From NCBI GenBank assembly GCA_951406725.2, contig OX597833.1, positions 18,848,001-18,912,000 on the forward strand: DNA of 64,000 nucleotides, in the 5' to 3' direction. Under the pieces are notes generated by a model. The model worked only from the letters and a program-made list of their open reading frames with translations, had not been told where the DNA came from and made no database searches. This document shows, in pieces, positions 49,636-61,195 of this stretch (its first letter is position 1; each line of letters begins with the position of its first letter). Both the position numbers and the translations under genes were made by a program. This stretch comes from Octopus vulgaris. Its lineage: Eukaryota.

Positions 49636-50811
49636 CAAATAATTTACTTTTATGTGTGCATTTTGCAACTGACTTGGAAACTAGATTTAAATGCTTTGTA
49701 CAAATAGCTCCTTGAGGGTTTGCTCTTCCCAGATACACCTTCAGTCCTTATAGTAAGACACCTGTTGTCTGTCGATCATACTTCCTAACACCTGGCACTA
49801 AGCCACCCACCAAATACACTCTATAAAGTGGTTGGTATTAAGGCAATCACCTAGCCATAGAAACTAAACCAAACTGACAGAGCTTGATACAGCCCTGTTG
49901 TTTGCCAGGTCCTGTCCAACTATTTAGTCCACACCTACAAAGAAAACGTTAAATGATAAATTCTTTTTCTTTTTTTTTCCTTCAAAATAGATGTCACTTT
50001 CCTCTCCAACATACAACTATGGTGATATCAGTGATAGGGTGTACTTAAATTTAATATATTTTACCAATACACCATGAGAGTAGTTTTATGTAAATCTGTA
50101 ACCAACATTGACATGTGGCTTCTTTCGGTCAAAGCTCGGTGATCTCTACTGTCAAAGCATTGGCAAGAACTCGTGAAAAATAAAGGGGAATATATTATTG
50201 ACTGATTTGTTTGAATTGTTGATGACAGAAAAAAATGATTTAGATGGGAGTGAAAGAAAAAGTAACAAATTTATCGGACAACCCAATACATTAATTGTAT
50301 TACCAACAAGATTGCTGGCAAAGTTGGAACCCCTCCAGTTCATCATATTTATGTATCCACCATTATCTCCCTGTGGGGACAGTGCTGGTGTTTCAATGAG
50401 GTGTCTATCTCTGACAAACAAGAATATATAAAGTTACTCTGTAGGCCTATTACAGCTGCTGTTTTTTCACTATGAAGGAAATCTATCAAAACCTACAAAA
50501 TTATGTACTCAAGTTTATTTTCAGATATTAACGAAATTTCAACTTCATTGAATTAAAGGGCCTTCTGTTTTCTTGTGATGGTGCATGGTCAAAATTGAAA
50601 ATTAAACAATTGTGTTGCAATTCTGATTGAATCTATTGTTTTAATTCTGCCACGTGAGAAAGATACATGGTTGTTAAATAGCTTTGTAACAGAAGGATGA
50701 TATCTGATTTTTTATTTTCTCAAATTTGCAACCAAACAAGAAAAATATTTAAATGACAGCAATCTGATTTTCTGCCAGAAATGAATTGGATGGTTCTTTT
50801 TCTCTCTCTCA

Positions 50812-50857
<46 letters not shown>

Positions 50858-51009
50858 TAAAAAAAAAACACCTTTTATCAATTCAAAATGAATAATTAAA
50901 TTACATATAATAGAAAAGTTAAAATTAAAATAATAAAAGAACTTCCTTGTAAGTTTGTGTTTTATGCCCTCAAATAATATATATATATATATATATATAC
51001 GCACGCACA

Positions 51010-51212
51010 CAAAGTGGTGAAAAGTTCTTGGCTTTGCGGAAAATAAAATGAGGATCAGTTAATTATGATTTTATTCAACTTATTAGCCTTTCAGATTCCA
51101 CATACTTATTGCAGCAGTTTTCCCCAAGCCCTATAAAAGAACTTGTAGTGTTGGGCCTCCAATCAGACCTTTAAATAAATGCCCCTAAAGCCATGAACTT
51201 GTCAGCACCTTG
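51010..51212. mobile_element. Mariner-type MITE
   Basis: Decayed TIRs GTGGTGAAAAGTTCTTGGCT / AGCCATGAACTTGTCAGCAC; homologous to 58937-59143. Confidence 0.65.
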
Positions 51213-52269
51213 TGTGTGTGTATTACACAATTTAAGCCTATCAGTTGACAACCTGTTCTGCAGTTAATATGCAAGGTCTGCAAAATTGTAGGCATTAGGA
51301 TAAAATGGGTTAAAACCAATCTCGGTTTAGGTCTGATGGATTACTTGATAAAAGAAAATAATGGTGTCCCAGCTGTTCTCTCATCCTTTTCAGGAAGCCC
51401 TAGGAATGTAGCATTCCTGTCTAAATACCATGACCAGTTTTAACCATTATGGAAAACTTGATTTGTTTTTAACATGCCTGTCACCTCAAAATGCCCAGAA
51501 ATCGTCAACAATCTTGGCTCCACAAAAGAGACCTAACCAGGTGGTAGACATCTAAAAAGCTCAGAAAGTTCATAGACATTGCAGAAAGACATGTTTTGGG
51601 TGTGTCTGTTGCACATGTACTTGTTGAATTCCAGCAAAGTGGTCTTGTACACTGTTATGAGATCGTGACAATAGATGCAGTTTCACCTGCTCAGATTCCA
51701 GGTACATGAACTATGTGGGAATACAGAGAACTGAAATTGTACCTGCATGATAAATGGACAATGCCTGAAGATTTTTCTGTTGTAGTTTAGTGAAGAATAC
51801 GCAGAATATATCAGGGGTTATTCAATATAGAGCACAAGAAATAATGGAGGAATTGTCTAGGTCGGAAACTTTGATATAGACGAATGTAGTGTAATTCAGT
51901 TGATGTCTTTGGAGAAAATATGAAACTCCTTAACTTGGAAACATGTTCATGAATTATTTGAAGTATAGCTACAAATGAGACTATTGTATAAAGATGGTTG
52001 TTATTTGAACAGAAACGTAACGAGAATTCTAACATAATGAAATCAATTTTTATGTCTCTCACTTTTCTCTTTAGCTCTGTTTTGATTTATATATACTTGT
52101 GTGTGTGATTGGGCATATGGGTACACAGGCTGCTTTCTAACCAGGAAACAGGGTAGATGTTTGTGAAGAATGCACAGCCTAACAGACTAGTGACTTCAGG
52201 GATGGGGGACAAACCAATCTGGAAAAGGAGCATACAGTAGCTCAAAGGCCCAGCAAACACTTAAAAATT

Positions 52270-52890
52270 CAGAGGGACCAACTATTGTAGTTGACAGCCG
52301 TACTATGATAGATACAGCTCTATAGGATATGTAGATGGAAAGCCTCTAGTCTACAAGGAATCACCAATAAGATGCTTGGAATATCTGGCTGAGTTGGATA
52401 TGGTCTAATTAGTGCCCTGTAGAGTTAATCAGGTTGTATAAGATGTGATACCCAGTGGCTGATGTAGCATCATTAGTTAGCTGTTACAAGGGTAGTGCAG
52501 ATGTCTTAGGTTGAAGTAAATTACAGAGATATCAAATTGCAGGACTAGGTCATGAGAGTTATTCAATTTTTTAGAAACAGAATTAGACTAGATTTGATGT
52601 TTTGCTTTGTGCCAGCTTCTGAGGAAGACAACTGCAGGAGAAATATTCAGCTAAAGACAAGCCAGTGTACTAAGCATTTATCGACCAAGAGAAAGTTTTT
52701 GACTCCCTCACTCCATGATATGGCAATATCTAAAGAAGCTAGGAGCAGACAAATGGCTTGTGGGATCCATGTACTGGGGTCCTGCCAGTAAGGTGAGAAT
52801 CAGCCACAAGGAGAGTAACAACACTGGAATCCTAACAGTATATCTCTTGCTGAAACAGTAACACATTCAAATTCAGGTAGGTGTTCGCCA
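52270..52890 (+). mobile_element. RTE-clade LINE fragment, highly decayed
   Basis: Nucleotide similarity to 17560-18140 (AGAAACAGAATTAGA..TTTGTGCC, CAGGTAGGTGTTCGCCAGG). Confidence 0.65.
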
Positions 52891-53722
52891 GGATGCAGTA
52901 GTGAAAGCTGATTCTCACAGAGGTGATGACAAAGGACACAGACGATTGGAGGTTCACTGCTTGAGAAAACCTATCCATCAAAGCGAAAGGGAAACCCTCT
53001 GTACATGCAGGGCCCTTGCACCCAATCTAGCCATGTCAAGTACTCCCCCTTGTCACCTTATTCCTTCATCCCTTTTACCTCTCTCACCTTATCTCCATAC
53101 TGATATTTAACATCAACCACACGTCCACCCTTGTTCATCACACATAACATCCAGTCAACCCCAATCTGTCTCTGTCACAGTCTTATGAAATTACCTGCCT
53201 TTCCTTTCCTTCTGATCCATTGCCGATATTCTCCCTCGTAAGCGGTGAGCTGGCAGAATCGTTAGCACGCTGGGCATAATGCATGTGTTTCATCTGCTGC
53301 TATGTTCTGAGTTCAAATTCTGTCTAGGTCGATTTTTTTCCATTCATCCTTTCAGGGTTGATAAATTAAGTACCAGTTGAACACTGGGATCAGTGTAATC
53401 GACAATCCCCCTCCCCAAAATTTCAGGCCTTGTGCCTATGGAAGAAAGAATATTCTCCCTCGTATTCACCTTACACCTTGAGATTATACTGTGACACCTC
53501 ATGACTACCATCTTTATCCTTCTTCCAGACACTCTCACCCACCTATATCATAATACAGAATTGCCATCTGCTTCTATACAATATACACTCTTATCTTTCT
53601 ATCAATGAGCATTAATACTCATTGTTCTAATCATAGCACTAACAAATGTTAGTCTCTACTCATAGTGCTAACTATACTGACCTTGATGTGGCTAATAGTG
53701 AATTACCTGTAATTTGCTATAA

Positions 53723-53866
53723 GATGTGAGACGACTGTTGTTATCGTTAGGCCTAACTCATCGTAAAGTCAATACCACCACAACCGATATCCGAACTACA
53801 GTGGAAAAGGCTAGCCACTGGATTTGGTAAAAAAGAGACAATGAGCAATGGTTAGAAGAATATTGA
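53723..53866 (+). mobile_element. C-terminus of an RLE-type (HERO-like) non-LTR retrotransposon ORF
   Basis: DVRRLLLSLGLTHRKVNTTTTDIRTTVEKASHWIW*KRDNEQWLEEY* resembles the E.AS.W[IL]W.KR...W ending of HERO-clade ORFs. Recognised from memory; needs a search. Confidence 0.7.
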
Positions 53867-53909
53867 GCTTTATTTGATAACCAGTTGATCTAGCAAGCAG
53901 GGCCTCATA

Positions 53910-54548
53910 TCAGTGAAGGGGGCCCCGTGTGCATTGATGCCATCGAGAGGTAGGCCCCGAAGCGGCGTGAATTCTTTCCTGATGACCCCATACACTTGCT
54001 GGCTTCTGGTATGTGGAGTTTTTGACTGGCAGCACTTGCATGTACAAGTTGTTTGCAAGACACCTATTAATTGCCCTTTGAGAGGTCATTGCTTGAACTA
54101 CAATGTTGTCTGTAAATGTATTGTTACCATCATACGGATACACATTGCTAGAATTTACACGGTTGCAATGATTGACTTGAAACACTGATTTCTTGCATAC
54201 TTCAGCTCTTCCTTGAATATCACTAGGAAAAAACCTACTTCCTCTGGCCATCCACCACCTCAAAGCTGTGTTATTCACTATGACCATTTCCTGGTCCATA
54301 ATGGATAATAGAGTACCATACACGAGAAGCTGACTACCATGTAATCTACACTGCCATGAGCCCCTCAGGGGAATTACAACCGTGTTTCGTGGTCTGCTAC
54401 CACAACAGCTCCTTTATAGGATCCAGTTAGCTCAAGACATCACCAGGAGGAACCACGTGCGGTTTCGGCCCCTACTCCTCTACCGTTTTGATGTGGCAGC
54501 CCCCCCCCCCCTTTTTGGAAGTGTCTTCAGCTCTGGTGTTGGGTGCAT
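53910..54548 (-). pseudogene. Intronless 212-codon reading frame of unknown family, with three in-frame stops
   Basis: ATG at 54548 is in frame with the 137-aa ORF ending at 53910. Flanked by TATA/Inr upstream and AATAAA downstream. Confidence 0.55.
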
Positions 54549-54606
54549 GTCTTCTTTCTTCTGTTCCCTGGCCTCTTCGATGTATCGTCAGCGAGTGTCA
54601 GCCGAT

Positions 54607-54676
54607 GACTGACTGTCTTGTCAAATTTTTCCTTTAAATACCTGCCGCATAGGCTCCAGCAAGTTGTCACGTGACA
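54607..54676 (-). promoter_or_regulatory. TATA plus Initiator core promoter with palindromic E-box
   Basis: TATTTAAA (54640-54633) starts 30 nt upstream of the A in Inr TCAGTC (54612-54607); TGTCACGTGACA at 54665-54676. Confidence 0.6.
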
Positions 54677-55074
54677 CTGTCTCACCTTAACTGACTAGTG
54701 AAGGTGCGTAGTTTTAGCCCGCGCTTTTTCTAAACAACCGTCACCTGTCAGTCAACGAAATGAAGACCAACTCTTTAATCACTTCCCCAATATTACAAAA
54801 ATTTCTCTTATTCCCATGAATCATTGTGGTCTCACTGAACTAATAAAGCTTTCCTATTCCAATCTACCCTTTCACTCTCATACTTCTTCCTTAACTTTCA
54901 TAATCCTTTTACCATTATTTAGATACATTTAGGGATTTCTCATCCTTAGTACAAACCTCCAGGTGTTTCCCCTCCTCTCTTTTCAGTGAGCCATCACATC
55001 TACTTTCCTGTTTTACTGATCTTTGTATTCAACTTAACCAACACACCCTCTCAATACTCATTACTTTATCCGAC

Positions 55075-55362
55075 TCATGGCCGATGCCAGCGCCGCCTCG
55101 ACTGGCTTCCGTGCCGGTGGCACGTAAAATACACCAATCCGACCGTGGCCGTTGCCAGCCTCGCCTGGCACCAGTGCAGGTGGCACGTAAGAAGCACCCA
55201 CTACACTCACGGAGTGGTTGGCGTTAGGAAGGGCATCCAGCTGTAGAAACATTGCCAGATAAGACTGGAGCCTGGTGCAGCCTTCTGGCTTCCCAGATCC
55301 CCGGTCGAACCGTCCAACCCATGCTAGCATGGAGAACGGACGTTAAACGATGATGATGATGA
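55075..55362 (+). mobile_element. SINE-like family B copy
   Basis: Near-identical to 30085-30427, with a (GAT)n tail. Further copies at 58575-58858 (+) and 60128-60340 (-). Confidence 0.9.
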
Positions 55363-55505
55363 TCTTTTAATCTTCTTCCTACCCTGTCTAGCTGGCCATG
55401 ATCTGCTTAATGTCTTCTCTGCATCTCTGAAATCGGCTAGCCCACTGCATTTTAATAATTTTTTTCGCTCTTAAATACCAAACATCCTTCGATTTAGCTT
55501 CCATA

Positions 55506-55890
55506 GGGTCAGGAGTGGCTGTGTGGTAAGTAGCTAGCTTACCAACCACATGGTTCCGGGTTCAGTCCCACTGCATGGCACCTTGGGCAAATGTCTTCTA
55601 CTATAGCTTCAGGCTAACCAAAGCCTTGTGAGTGGATTTGGTAGACGGAAACTGAAAGAAGCCCATCGTATATATGTATAAATATGTATGTTTGTGTGTC
55701 TGTGTTTGTCCCCCCAACATCACTTGACAACCGATGCTGGTGTATTTATGTCCCTGAAATTTATTGGTTCAGCAAAAGAGACCGATAGAATAAGTACTAG
55801 ACTTACAAAGAATAAGTCCTGGGGTCAATTTGCTCGACTAAAGGTGGTGCTCCAGTATGGCCACAGTAAAATGACCGAAACAAGTAAGAG
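55506..55890 (+). mobile_element. tRNA-derived SINE family A
   Basis: Head, core and tail as in the other copies. Confidence 0.88.
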
Positions 55891-56545
55891 TGTACCAGCT
55901 AGAAGAAGGTTGTTCTTAATGCCACCTTCCTACCTCGGATCAAGGAGTTGGAATTTAAGTTACAGATATAACTGAGGATTATCTGGTGAGTATTTATACC
56001 ATGTTGAAAGCTCGCTTTGCACCCATGTAATTTGGGATTCGGTACCAATATGGGACACATTGGGCAAGAGTCTTCTGTTTTAGCTATGGACCGACCAATG
56101 CCCTGCGAGTGAATTTTGATAGAGAGAAAATGAAACAAGCTCTTCATATGTGTCTTTTTGCTTTTTTGTTCCTCACCACCTCTTGATAATCGGTGTTGGT
56201 TTGTTTACATTCCATACTCAGCGGTTTGTTAAGGAACCCGATAGAATAAATATCAAACATTAACAAAAACACTGAAGCTGTCTTGTTCAATTAGACCAGA
56301 GGTTCTCAACCGTTTTTTGCCTATTTGACCCCTATAATTCCTATTTTACACAGATGGACCTCCATAGCGATTCGATGTATATTGAAGACAATCCTACTGT
56401 ATTTTTAAAATTGAATATTATTAAGAATTGTATAAAAAAATTAAAGCAAGTTATTGCACAATATAGCTCTGGACTAGACCCTTGAATGTGGTGTCCCAAC
56501 ATGACCCCAGACCAATGGCTGAAACAAATAAATAAGAGTTTATAT

Positions 56546-56861
56546 ACTCTTTACTCTTTTACTTGTTTCAGTCATTTGACTGTGGCCATGCTGGAGCACG
56601 GCCTTTAGTCGAGCAAATCGACCCCAGGGCTTATTTTTTGTAAGCCTAGTACTTATTCTATCGGTCTCTTTTGCTGAACCGCTAAGTTACGGGGACGTAA
56701 ACACACCAGCATCGGTTGTCAAGTGATGTAGAGAGACAAACATATATATATATATATACAACAGGCTTCTTTCAGTTTCCATCTACCAAATCCACTCACA
56801 AGGCTTTGGTTGGCCCGAGGCTATAGTAGAAGACACTTGCCCAAGGTGCCACTCCTGCGCC
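56546..56861 (-). mobile_element. tRNA-derived SINE family A with internal deletion in the head
   Basis: Reverse-complement match to the family; GTGCCAC joins directly to TCCTGCGCC. Confidence 0.85.
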
Positions 56862-57489
56862 ACACATATATGTTATATACATGTATGTATATAATATATA
56901 TGTGTGTATTTGTATTTACGTATGTCTATATGTATGTATGCAAGCAATCCTAACTGCATTTTACATGAATGGCGACATGCCTCTCTCCAGCCGAGAAGTT
57001 GCTGGGTCCAAGTGAAATGTCTTTGTCCCTGAGGATTTAAAGGACATGGTAATTTATTGAGCAGTAATACTTACGAGTTTTCTTGAGTACAGCTGATCAA
57101 CTTGATCTCTTATTTCTGTAAGGCTCAATATCTTGAGATAAGGCTTTACTACTTCGTCCCATGTGTTCTTGGGTCAAACTCTTCTACAAGTTCCTTCCAC
57201 ATTTAGTGATCAACAATTCTTTGTAGAGTCCACATTGGGAAGTTCCACTTGCTCCCATGCATACACTACACTTTATAATAATTTTTCCACAACTGCTTAT
57301 TACACATGTATCATTATCCATCCGTATACACTTATTATCCATATGTCGATTCTAACTGATACACTGTCTTGTAACCTGGAACACCTTATGACTCTGATCT
57401 TCACTGTAGAAAATTGGCAAACAACTTACTTTCTATTTTTCCTTTTGGCAAATACCTTATTTCCACTTCTATCTTTGGCAAACATCTTA

Positions 57490-58001
57490 CTGTAAATCCT
57501 CAAGTATAGTCCGCCCTTGAGTATAATACGCAGGGGATTTTTAGGGGGCTGTACCTCTGCAAAACCTAAACCTTGTGTATAATACGCACCTCTTCTCTAA
57601 CTTGAGTCAAAGAGGTCTATATAACATCCTTGGTTTGTAAAAATGTATACGGTAACGTCCTTTATTATTATTGTATATATAACATAATGCAAACGTGTAG
57701 CTTTTTTGTGCATTTTGTTTACAGAAAATAAAGAAATAACAGTAATAACGTTTAATAAATGTTGCTTACTGCAAGTTATGGATGATTCTTTTATGACTTC
57801 ATTGCTTTCAGGCTTAGCTTAAGGTATTTTCGTGCCCAACATCACAAAATGCGTCTGAATAAACATTGTCAGACAGCAAATAGATACTCGGACATTGTTT
57901 AGAAAATATTTTTCTTTTATAACCTCGTATATAGTATGCACTAGGGATTTTGACCTTTAAATTTTGGGGAAAAAATGCAGATTATACTTGAGGATTTCTG
58001 G
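57490..58001. mobile_element. Tc1/mariner-superfamily (pogo/Tigger-like) MITE
   Basis: TA-flanked TIRs CTGTAAATCCTCAAGTATA / TATACTTGAGGATTTCTGG with internal subterminal repeats. Confidence 0.8.
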
Positions 58002-58883
58002 TACTTTCTGCTTCTCCCTTTGGTAGCCTGGCTTCTTTTCTAGCTCTCTGATATAATTCTTTGGTACTTCCATTTTCCAGTCTTTCTAAGCTATCTTTTT
58101 TTACTGTATGGCTCTGTTTACCTCACAGTTTCATCCACAAGCCACACTTGGTCTGCTGGGAACTTTGCAGTCACACGTTTGGTCCATCATCCACAGTACG
58201 TTGTGTCAAAGAATCTTCCAGTTCTCCTCTCTCTTGTATGTCTCCATCCCACCCCCCACTTCTTGTCAAATGCTTCAACTAATACTTCTCTTCTACATCA
58301 TCCTTTTCCAGACTGGTTTGAGTCTCTGAGTCCTTTCAGCTCCAAATTCGAAGTCACTAGCCACCAACCTATGTTGGTTTGTACATTTTTCACTTAGGAA
58401 GGACTTTGCATACATTAGAATCTGTCTATACTAATTTCTGAGGAGAATCGAGTCAATCTGGCTTGTGTATCCACCAACTTGATAGCTGCTCAAGTGACTG
58501 AATGGTTTCTTGAAGGTATTTCATTGGCTTATTCCTTGAAGATAGTGATATATATTTATTCTAAATAAGTTCAAGCGAGGTCGTTGCCAGTGCCACTGGA
58601 CTAGCTCCTGTGCAGGTGCCATGTAAAAAACACCATTTGAGCGTGGCTGTTGCTAGTACCACCTGACTGGCCCTCGAGCCAGTGGCACATAAAAGCACCC
58701 ACTACACTCTCGGAGTGGTTGTCATTAAGAAGGGCATCCAGCTGTAGAAACTATGCCAGATCAGATTGGAGCCTGGTGCAGCCATCTGGTTCACCAGCCC
58801 TTAGTCAAATCGTCAAACCCATGCTAGCATGGATAGCGGATGTTAAATGATGATGATGAAGTTATGTGTATCAATCAAAGTTA

Positions 58884-58932
<49 letters not shown>

Positions 58933-58936
58933 CACA

Positions 58937-59143
58937 AAGGGTTGCTGAGAAATTCCTGGCTTTAGGTAAAAGAAAATAGAGTTGGATCAATTAATTATGA
59001 TTTTATCCAGCATATCCCCTCTGAGATATACACACGTATTGCAGTACTCCTTCAGTTTTTCTAAGTCCTGTAAAAGAAGTACAAGGTTTGGCCTCCAACC
59101 AAGTCTTTCACCTTGAAGCCAGTAACTTTTCAGCACTTCCTCG
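58937..59143. mobile_element. Mariner-type MITE, second copy
   Basis: TGCTGAGAAATTCCTGGCT / AGCCAGTAACTTTTCAGCA termini; internal sequence matches 51010-51212. Confidence 0.7.
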
Positions 59144-59261
59144 TGTGTGTGTATGTAAGCATTTCATTTCATGTTGCTCTATGATCATTTCATCATCTTA
59201 CGTGTGGCACCCGTTGCACCTGTACAGGTAATGTCAATTTGATGCAGGGAGTGAGCTTATC

Positions 59262-59658
59262 TCTTTACTCTTTTACTTGTTTCAGTCATTTGACTGCGGC
59301 CATGCTGGAGCACCGCCTTTTAGTCAAGCAAATCGACCCCGGGACTTATTCTTTGTAAGCCCAGTACTTTTTCCATCGGTCTCTTTTGCCGAACCGCTAA
59401 GTGACGGGGACGTAAACACACCAGCATCGGTTGTCAAGCAATGCTAGGGGGACAAACACAGACACACACACTTATATATATATATATACATATATACGAC
59501 AGGCTTCTTTCAGTTTCCGTCTACCAAATCCACTCACAAGGCATTGGTCGGCCCGGGGCCATAGTAGAAATCACTTGCCCAAGATACCACGCAGTGGGAC
59601 TGAACCCAGAACCATGTGGTTGGTCAGCAAGCTACTTACCACACAGCCACTCCTGCGC
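59262..59658 (-). mobile_element. tRNA-derived SINE family A, full length
   Basis: Near-identical to 14004-14422. Confidence 0.9.
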
Positions 59659-59744
59659 TTATGTGTACATAAACATTTGATCACTATAAACAAATCATCT
59701 GTGTGGTTGTTCAGTAAGAAATTGCCGAACCCTCATATGCCTAT

Positions 59745-59985
59745 GGGCATATGGTGTAGTGGTTAATAGCATGGTCTACTAACCCTAAGATTCCGAGTTC
59801 GATTCCAGGCAGTGACCTGAATAATAATAATAATAATAACAACAGCATCAAAAAAATACCTTAGGAATGAGAAGCCAGAATATATCAGCTGAAACATTGT
59901 GTTAACAACAAACAAGGTGAGGACAAATATCCGTCAAATATAAATAATGTACATAATTCCTAATCTCTTAAATACAGAACTGTAC
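59745..59985 (+). mobile_element. tRNA-headed SINE with (AAT)n spacer
   Basis: GGGCATATGGTGTAGTGGTTA..GAGTTCGATTCC A and B boxes followed by a non-tRNA body. Confidence 0.65.
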
Positions 59986-60604
59986 CCTCATATATCGTCT
60001 AACAGCAGGAAAGTCCATCATATGTATATATAAATACTGACTTTGATTGATACACATCACATATTGAGATATTAATGACTCGTAGGCACATATCATTAAT
60101 ATTTACATACCAGCTTCCAGGAATCCTCATCATCATCGTTTAACATCCGCTTTCCATGCTAGCATGGGTTGGACGGTTCAACTGGGGTTTGGGAAGCCCG
60201 AAGGCTGCACCAGGCCAGTCAGATCTGGCAGTGTTTCTACAGCTGGATGCCCTTCCTAACGCCAACCACTCCGAGAGTGTAGTGGGTGCTTTTTATGTGC
60301 CAGACGAGGCTGGCGAACGGCCACGCTCGGATGGTGTTTTTAAAGGCCACACTCGGGGTGTTTAATATGTAAAATTAGTATATCTAATAACGTTACACTG
60401 CTGTATTTAGTGGTTATTTAAACGATGAGTTCGTGGATGATTTATGAGTTAGATGAGTGATGAAGGAGGTGCAAAACTCCCAAAATATGGCATATATGCT
60501 CATCACATCTTGAACCTCATTGTTTGACATCTTGGATATGAAACATTTTAACGAGATCAGTGCTGGCTATAATTTTTACAGAAAATCTGTAGAGATGACC
60601 TTAA

Positions 60605-61195
60605 TAATAATAATAGTGAAATTATTGTATACAGTGCTCAGATGCACCACAACTTGTCAAAAGTGCGTATAAAGCATATGCATTAATGTACAAATGTCTG
60701 GGAAGTGAACAGTGTATGAGTCAGATACATGCTTGCGTGTGTATGGAGGGGAGAAAATCAGGTGTAGTGTTGGCGAATCTCAGGAAGCATGGAAGTTTTG
60801 AAGGATGCAGTGCTCCGACAACTAACAACTGATGCCAGCAGTTTGTTCCATGCTTCAGCAACTCTTAGTGTGAAAAAATGTTTCCGAAAGTCATAGGAGC
60901 TGTGCTGTTTTCTGGCTTTGTAAACATGTCCACGGGTGTTAGGTGGAGTTTGAAAAGGTGCTCAGAGTTATTGTTTGTAAGATGGTTAATAATTTTACGG
61001 GTGTCTGCCAAGTCAGCTGCCAGACGTCGGAGTTTCAATGTATCCATGCCCAGGGAAGTAAGGCGTTCAGAATATGGCAAATGCCTGATGGATGGTATTC
61101 TCTTGGTTGCACATTGCTGAACGGTTTCCAGACGATTAATATCCTTGGCAAGATAGGGGTTCCAACCCGGTGATGCAAATTCCAGGTGAGGTATA
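60605..61195 (-). mobile_element. CR1/L2-type LINE 3' end
   Basis: LEFASPGWNPYLAKDINRLETVQQCATKRIP..LPYSERLTSLGMDTLKLRRLAADL, the typical C-terminal region of these LINEs. Confidence 0.9.

Noticed and set aside
50152-50431. Overlapping 89-aa (-) and 77-aa (+) ORFs as a possible terminal exon
   Set aside because: The + frame contains RLLAKL and PLQFIIF, more like a deleted CR1 RT relic, and no partner exons were found. Not fully excluded.
59745-59816. tRNA gene
   Set aside because: Only A and B boxes are present; no proper cloverleaf, so it is a SINE head.
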